A stretch of DNA of 63,671 nucleotides, counting the filler, from Olpidium bornovanus S191 (taxonomy: Eukaryota > Fungi > Olpidiomycota), in the NCBI GenBank assembly GCA_017911155.1. It is 28 parts of 28 records of this genome, joined end to end, with 100 filler letters (N's around TTAATTAATTAA, not from the genome) between each part and the next. Parts side by side here need not be neighbours in the genome. Positions count along the whole stretch, not along the records: positions 54,642 to 58,819 come from JAEFCI010009897.1; positions 58,920 to 60,457 come from JAEFCI010010820.1; positions 60,558 to 62,359 come from JAEFCI010009138.1; positions 62,460 to 63,671 come from JAEFCI010009069.1; 24 more parts are not named here. One strand, 5' to 3'. Numbering within the stretch: the stretch's first letter is position 1; every line of letters begins with the position of its first letter. This document shows, in pieces, positions 57,638-63,671 of this stretch. A program made the translations under genes and the position numbers. The notes below the pieces were generated by a model. It was not told where the DNA came from. It worked only from the letters and a program-made list of their open reading frames with translations, and ran no database searches.

Positions 57638-60576
57638 GGCCGACCGGCACGCGGGTGCGCCGGCTGCTCAGGGGGGAATTTCCGGCCCTGCGACGAAGTT
57701 TATGCCGAGTGGTGGGAAAGCGTCCTGAAAACGCTCCCCGGGGCTTGAACAGAGCTCGGCTGTTTGTAGCGCGAGGCGGTTGACACGGCGCGCAGTGTTT
57801 CTTCAGGCAGACAAGCGGCCGGAACGGGTAAAGGGGAAAGAAAGAAAGAACGAAGGAAAGAAAGAAAACGAAGAAACAAGATGTGCCCACGGCGTCAGAA
57901 CGGTTGGAGGCGGTAAGATCTGGGGAACGGCGTGCGGCGGTGGCGGCGGTAATGGAGACGGTGGAGGCGGCGGTGGGTGGCGGCGGCGGGCGGCGGGCTG
58001 ACGGGTGATTGCGGCAGAGGTGGTGGTTGTGGTGGCGGCGGCGGCGGTTCGGGGCGAAGCCCCCCCCCGCTGGAACCAAACCGCGAACGAAAGGCAAAGA
58101 AAAAAAAAAAAAATAAAATAAAAAACCGTTCCCACACCCGCGTGCCCTCCACGTCCCGCCCGGCACTACGCGACGCCCAACCTCAACCGCAACGTTGTGC
58201 GACCGACGGCACGGCGGCCGAGTGCGCAGCGGCACGTCCGGCGTGGAGTTTCGCCCGGATGATCACGGAGTGACGGATTGCGGCACAGGCGCTTCTTGAC
58301 TGACACCTGCATCCAGGAATTCTACCAACGCGCCTCGCGTCAGTGTGCAACCCGGCGCCTCGATCAATGGTTGAATTCCTATCAGCCGGACAATTTTCAG
58401 TGGGCGAAACTGATGACGACAACTCACATTTCCGCTGCAGTTTAGCATGAGACTTGGCCACATGTCCTCCTGAATAGAACAGTGAACAGTCGGATGCGGT
58501 GTGGCCGCTGGTCATTCGCCTAATGAAGAAATATTGGAACTCTTGAGCAAATGACGCAGAACCACGTAAAGGGCGGATCCGCCGCGTAATCATTGGAAGA
58601 AGCTCCTGGGGTTATGACTGTCCCGCATGTTTTGGATTTGCCCAACTGTGTCTACACAAACTTCCGTCACTTCCCAGTTGGTTGCACGAAGGATGAGCCA
58701 TGCCCGGAAGGAAAATTGCGTTGGAATCGAGATCCTCCGCCTACTGAGTTCCTGCAGGCTTCGAAACTCCTCGTTTCGATCGTTCGTAATCCACCGCGAT
58801 GGCATGGCGGACAGCGTAGNNNNNNNNNNNNNNNNNNNNNNNNNNNNNNNNNNNNNNNNNNNNTTAATTAATTAANNNNNNNNNNNNNNNNNNNNNNNNN
58901 NNNNNNNNNNNNNNNNNNNCATGCCCGAGGTCAGCATTGGTCAACGGGCGAAATGTTAGTCAGACGTCCGAGCACGGATTGCCAGTGTGGAATGCTATAG
59001 CGGACGTTTTCCAATATAAATCCTAACCCTAACCCGAAAGGCAATCAATAAGTCAGAGATTTGGCAGCAGGGAAGAAAGGGGGGTGGGGGGAGGGGCCGG
59101 CCGGAAAGCGGGGGGAGGGGAGGGAGGAGGGGGGGATGGGGACGTTTGCGCCTGATTCTACGTGCGAGCGCGAGTTGCGGCCCCGGCCAACGCCGGCTGC
59201 GGGGAGAGGAAGGACCGGGGAGACGGGTGCACGAGGATGCGAACGCCGTAGGCACTGTTGGCGGCGTTGCCAAGCGCGTTCTCGATGGCACTGAACAAGT
59301 CCTTGGCGGCGTGGGCGTGGGCCCGGTTATAATCAGGTCACGCGCGCTGCTGCTGCGGGTGTGAGATAAGCCGGGGTAAACAGCGCGGACCGCGTATGGA
59401 CGGCTGCTTTGCAATCCCGTTGGGGTGCTGCGCTGACTGCCAGCGCTGGTGGGCTGCGTTCAGGGCGTTCGTGGCGGACGGCGCTTTACAGCGCCGCCGT
59501 GGCTTAGTGCGCCCTGGGTGACGCGTCGCGCTCTTTTTCATTTTGGTTTTCCCCCCCGTCGCATTTTTGGCAGGGTTGACGACAGCCCTGCTTCACGTGC
59601 ACTCACGCCCCGCGGTTAGCGACGGATTGGAGCAAAATTTGTTTTGAACGTCCCCACATCTCAGCTACGCGGGCGTTGGGGCCCGCCAGCCGGCAATCTT
59701 GACAACCGACTCTCACCCTGTCGCAGTCGGGCCGCGCGACTGCCCTGTTTTCAGCGGAGGCCGGCCGGGCGCCGGCGAAATACACGTTGCGGCGCGGAGT
59801 GGCGTGGGGTGGGCGCAGCTTCCTCCCGTTCTCGCGGCCCGGGAGTCCAGGTCCTCAGCCGCATCATCATCATCGCCTGCCATCACCCAGCACCTCCTTT
59901 CATTTCGGCATTCGCCCGCCCGCCCCCCCCCCACGTTGTTTCTCGCAGGCGGTCGTCCCGGCACACCCGCAGGCAAATAATTTCCCTCTTTGACGCAACG
60001 CGGCCCGCCCGCGGCGCTTTCTCCCTCTCGGATCAACCGGGCGAGCCCATTCATCCCGCGGCACTCATATCGGAAAAGCTTTGGCGCCCCGGCGGGCCAA
60101 ACCCAGCTGTCGAGCGATCCACGCGGCCGCCGTCGCTGGCCGCTCGGTTACCCGCCCGCCGGCCAGCCCTTGCCACCGTGCAGCGCGGCCGATGGAGGAC
60201 ATAGAGCGGGTCACGGTGAGCAGAAACTCCGAAACGACCTCGACCCCTGGACGGTTACCCAACGCGCCGCTGCTAGCAGACCGCTCATCCCACAATTTTT
60301 CGCTCGGAGCAGATATTCCGGCCGCGGACGACCGCGCCGATCGAAGACGAAAAGAAGATACCCAGATACGGGTACAACATTCCTCTGGACGCCGCCGCTG
60401 ACAGAGCGGCTCCCCGGGGAAACCCGCAGGCTTCCGGGGATACGGTGGGCCACATGANNNNNNNNNNNNNNNNNNNNNNNNNNNNNNNNNNNNNNNNNNN
60501 NTTAATTAATTAANNNNNNNNNNNNNNNNNNNNNNNNNNNNNNNNNNNNNNNNNNNNAGGGGGGGGGGGGGGAAAA

Positions 60577-60624
<48 letters not shown>

Positions 60625-60625
<1 letters not shown>

Positions 60626-61246
60626 CATGGCGGTGGTGGTAATCCGAAGATGTTGCAGATCCCCGTTGCAAAAGCGGCCTTCCTTACCGGCAGAATGCAG
60701 TGCGCTCCAGTCACCTCTCTTCATGGAGTTCTGCCGGCAGCGGGGAACGTTAATGTACGAACACCAATAAAGGCAGATTCTACGCGCTTGCTGTGTATAC
60801 CTTACCTGGTCAGCACCCGCACTTAGGAGGTAGTTCGTTGTGTCCAGATCGTCGATCCCTTCGTGTATGGCTTGCCGACCTAGGCAGCCCGCGTGTGCAT
60901 GAAACGGAGTTAGTCCAAACACTTGCGCGGCACCAAACCGGAACGCTGGTTCTGACTGCAAAAGCGTCCGCAGCGGGGAGGGGAGAAATGAGTCACCGTG
61001 GTTGTTCGCCGCGTTAACGTTGCCGGAAAACTCCTCTACTAAGAGTCTCAACACGTCGACTCGGTGGGCGCGCGCGGCGTAATGCAGAAGAGTCTCTCCC
61101 GACCTGTTTGGGTTTGCTGCGGCCGGCAGGCCCGCGGGGACCGCCGCGAGCAGGGCCTTCCGTATCTCGTCTACAGGTGCGTCCTTCTTCAGCAGCGCGA
61201 CGACGGGCGCCCACGCCGGCTGCGCCGTGGTGGGCTTTTTCGGCAT
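60625..61246 (-). CDS. Ankyrin-repeat protein, ANKRD16-like, 3' truncated
   Basis: GETLLHYAARAHRVDVLRLLVEEF..NVNAANNHG, AIHEG..DLDTTNYLLSAGAD and MKRGDWSALH, similar to the ANKRD16 repeat order. Confidence 0.75.
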
Positions 61247-62013
61247 TTTTCGTTCTGTGGAAGCGAAGTCACAGCTGCTTCGACGGCCACAACCTTTCGC
61301 GTATGCTCGCCACCAGAGCCCGCGGAATCTCGCCGTCGCTCCAGGATGACGGTTTCGCATGTACCCGACCCACACCTGCACGCCGGTCTCCATGACCTGC
61401 GACCTCTTCCAGCCTTGCGTTGAATTTCGTCTCACCCCTACAACCATGTAACTGGTTCAGGAAAAGGGGCTGTAAATCGTACCGTTTTTACGGTTGTCTA
61501 ATGTCACACCGTCAGCCTCATCACGCTGGACGGCCTGGGACCAACTTTCAAAGCAGTGCAAAGTCCGTCGTCGGGAACACGTTGTGATAAGCATATATCA
61601 AGACAAGTGCGTGAGAAAAAGGGCACACCGCGTGATGCACGAGGTTTAACCATATATCAAGACTAAAAAGCTCGTGAAAAAAGAGCAGATCAGTTCGTCT
61701 ACGCAGTCGTGAATGAAGGATGACCGTAAATTTGCACAATTTTTGCGGCCAGACGGGACTTGCGGGCATTCGGGGGAGTTTGACTCCATCTCGCACGAGC
61801 TTTGGACGATCCTGGCTGCGAGGATGACAGAGAGATGGACAGAGCTCCTAGGATGTGCCTTTGTTGACTTGTACTGAATGTAGTGAATGACCAGATCTTC
61901 CCCCGTAGCAAGGGCTTGGTGGTCTCCAGCAGAATTCGGGTTCACACGTATTCCATCCAGGAATGTCCCCTCAGATATCTCTACGTCTGCTTTGTTTTGA
62001 ATTTTGAGTCGAC

Positions 62014-62359
62014 TTAGAAGGTCTCTTCCTCGTTACCGATTTGCATTTGGTCGTTTCCAAGTTCTCCAGGAGTTTCAAACCCATCCTATGATATTTTGCG
62101 GCAGGACGCAGCGTTAACGATGTGCGGAACGTCAAAGAAAATCCAGCATTATAAAAGCTCGCTAAGCGCTTCAAAATGGACCCATTAAAGGAAAAAAATA
62201 AGTCTTGGGAAATTCCATACCTCCGTGCTGTACAAAATCATTTGTATGTCCTTGAGAACTGCGTTCGCGTCCGTCTCCGCAACGTTCTCGCCTCCGTTCT
62301 GAATAAGGATCTCGATGTCCCGGAGCTTTCCGAAATAGAAGTCGCGCTCTTTCTCCATG
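62014..62359 (-). CDS. BIM1: EB1/Bim1/Mal3 microtubule plus-end tracking protein, C-terminal two exons
   Basis: EKERDFYFGKLRDIEIL...IQMILYSTE|DGF... ending in EEETF* (EBH domain plus acidic-aromatic tail). Confidence 0.95.
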
Positions 62360-62459
62360 NNNNNNNNNNNNNNNNNNNNNNNNNNNNNNNNNNNNNNNNN
62401 NNNTTAATTAATTAANNNNNNNNNNNNNNNNNNNNNNNNNNNNNNNNNNNNNNNNNNNN

Positions 62460-63453
62460 CATGTTTGCGTACCGCTGCCTGATCTCGGCGAGGATTTCCC
62501 CTCTCTCCGCCATATCCAGGGTGACCTGACGGGTGATTTCTTGGAATACGCTGTCGTAGATGCTGTGCTCGCTCTCCATGAGGCGGACCAGCGCGTCCAC
62601 GTGTGTCGGGTACTCGAAATCGGACTCGAGTCCGGCCGACGTGAGCATGCGTCGCATACGGTCGCGCAATTCCAAGACCTCCTTCCTCGACAAGGCCGCG
62701 GGAGCACGGCTGGCGAAAACGAGGAGGCCGACGTCAGAAAAATGGTTACTGCCTCCTTTCTCCCCCCTCTTCCCCCTCTCCCCTTTTCGCCCCCGACTCC
62801 GGAAAAAAGTCGCCGTGGCCGGTACAAACCTCGTACCTGCCCGAAGAAGCAACCATGCTGTAGTCGGCCGGATTTGTACGCAACACTTCGTTTGGAATCT
62901 GAGCGATGTCCATAACCACAGCCGTGGACAGATCTTCCGACTTAACCTCTCTGTATCTCTCGCGATGGTCGGTTCCCGCCCGTTGCTTTTGATGCCAAGT
63001 CCGCGACTCCGCGACTCTGCCCATCATCTCCGCATCGGTCGCCGGCAGGCGTGCGGCGGCGGCGGCGACTCGGTCCTCTTCTTGCAAGTCGTCGTTCTCA
63101 TCGTTTCTGTCGTTCACAGGCTTCCGTGCGCCTGGCCGCCGACCAGATGCGGGGTTATGTGTCTCGTCGGACGTCCGAACGCCGGACGCGTGCGGGATCT
63201 CCGGCTTCGCTGCCGGTGTCCCGTCCTCCGGAAACCCCAGCCGCCAGATCGGCGAGAAGGCCTCCGCGTCGTCGTCGTCGTAAAGGAACGCGAGGTCTTC
63301 TGGTGCCGCGCGCGCCGGTTGTACCAAGTGGGCAACGCGCGAACGCCCCGCGGCCTGCCGGGAACGCGGGTCTCCGGGTTTCGGCGACACGACTTTCCGC
63401 GGACGGGAGGACGGCGCCGCCGCCGCCGCCGCCGCCCGGTGCTTTCGAGACAT
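62460..63453 (-). CDS. AXDND1: Axonemal dynein light chain domain protein (AXDND1-like), N-terminal part, 3' truncated
   Basis: SRKEVLELRDRMRRML..AG...VDALVRLMESEHSIYDSVFQEITRQVTLDMAERGEILAEIRQRY. Confidence 0.8.
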
Positions 63454-63671
63454 GAGGATCTGGCGAACGCGCGGCCGGCGCCTAGGTCCTCTCGCGCAAA
63501 CCCGGCCAACCAACGCGGCCAACCCCCGCCGGCAGGTCTAATTCGGCTTTTCATGTTGAGAAAGACGGAGGGTGGGTCACGTGACTAATGGCCGATCCGG
63601 CTATCCCCTGGGAACACCCAATTGCTCGCCGTGCGGGTGGACCCGGTGCAACTCCTCACCTTTTTGCCTCG

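Larger units (their letters stand above)
3073..62459. other. 27 artificial 100-nt assembly linkers (N44-TTAATTAATTAA-N44) joining 28 contigs; first at 3073-3172, last at 62360-62459
   Basis: The same spacer occurs every time; TTAATTAATTAA gives stops in all six frames; genes are cut off at spacer edges. Confidence 0.98.

Noticed and set aside
7443-63671. Functional clustering of neighbouring genes (for example dynein next to the PAS sensor)
   Set aside because: Contigs are joined by artificial linkers, so adjacency across a linker carries no information.

Overview
This is not one continuous locus. It is a pseudo-scaffold of 28 short contigs (about 1-4 kb each) joined by 27 identical 100-nt linkers (N44-TTAATTAATTAA-N44), so neighbouring genes are not necessarily linked. 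The DNA is eukaryotic, GC-rich and intron-dense. Fungal-type genes (alpha/beta-linked TRP5, ATP10, CDC34, BIM1, O-fucosyltransferase) occur together with axonemal genes (DNAH5/8-class dynein heavy chain, AXDND1, CXorf65-like). This points to a flagellated (zoosporic) fungus; an Olpidium-like organism is my inference, not something I confirmed. About 22 host genes or gene fragments are recognisable, plus several decayed Ty1/copia and Ty3/gypsy remnants, a possible MITE and simple repeats. I found no rRNA, tRNA or CRISPR array. The most notable items are: (1) an intron-containing array of at least six bacterial-type PAS domains, one with FixL/EcDOS-type heme ligands; (2) a MIF homologue in exact catalytic register with human MIF; (3) an F-box + PP2-lectin-like gene; (4) a decayed ORF with tandem UBM-like motifs just upstream of an LTR-gag unit; (5) non-canonical splice donors; and (6) a strong excess of contig ends at CATG. 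All family assignments are from motif recognition by eye; no searches were run.
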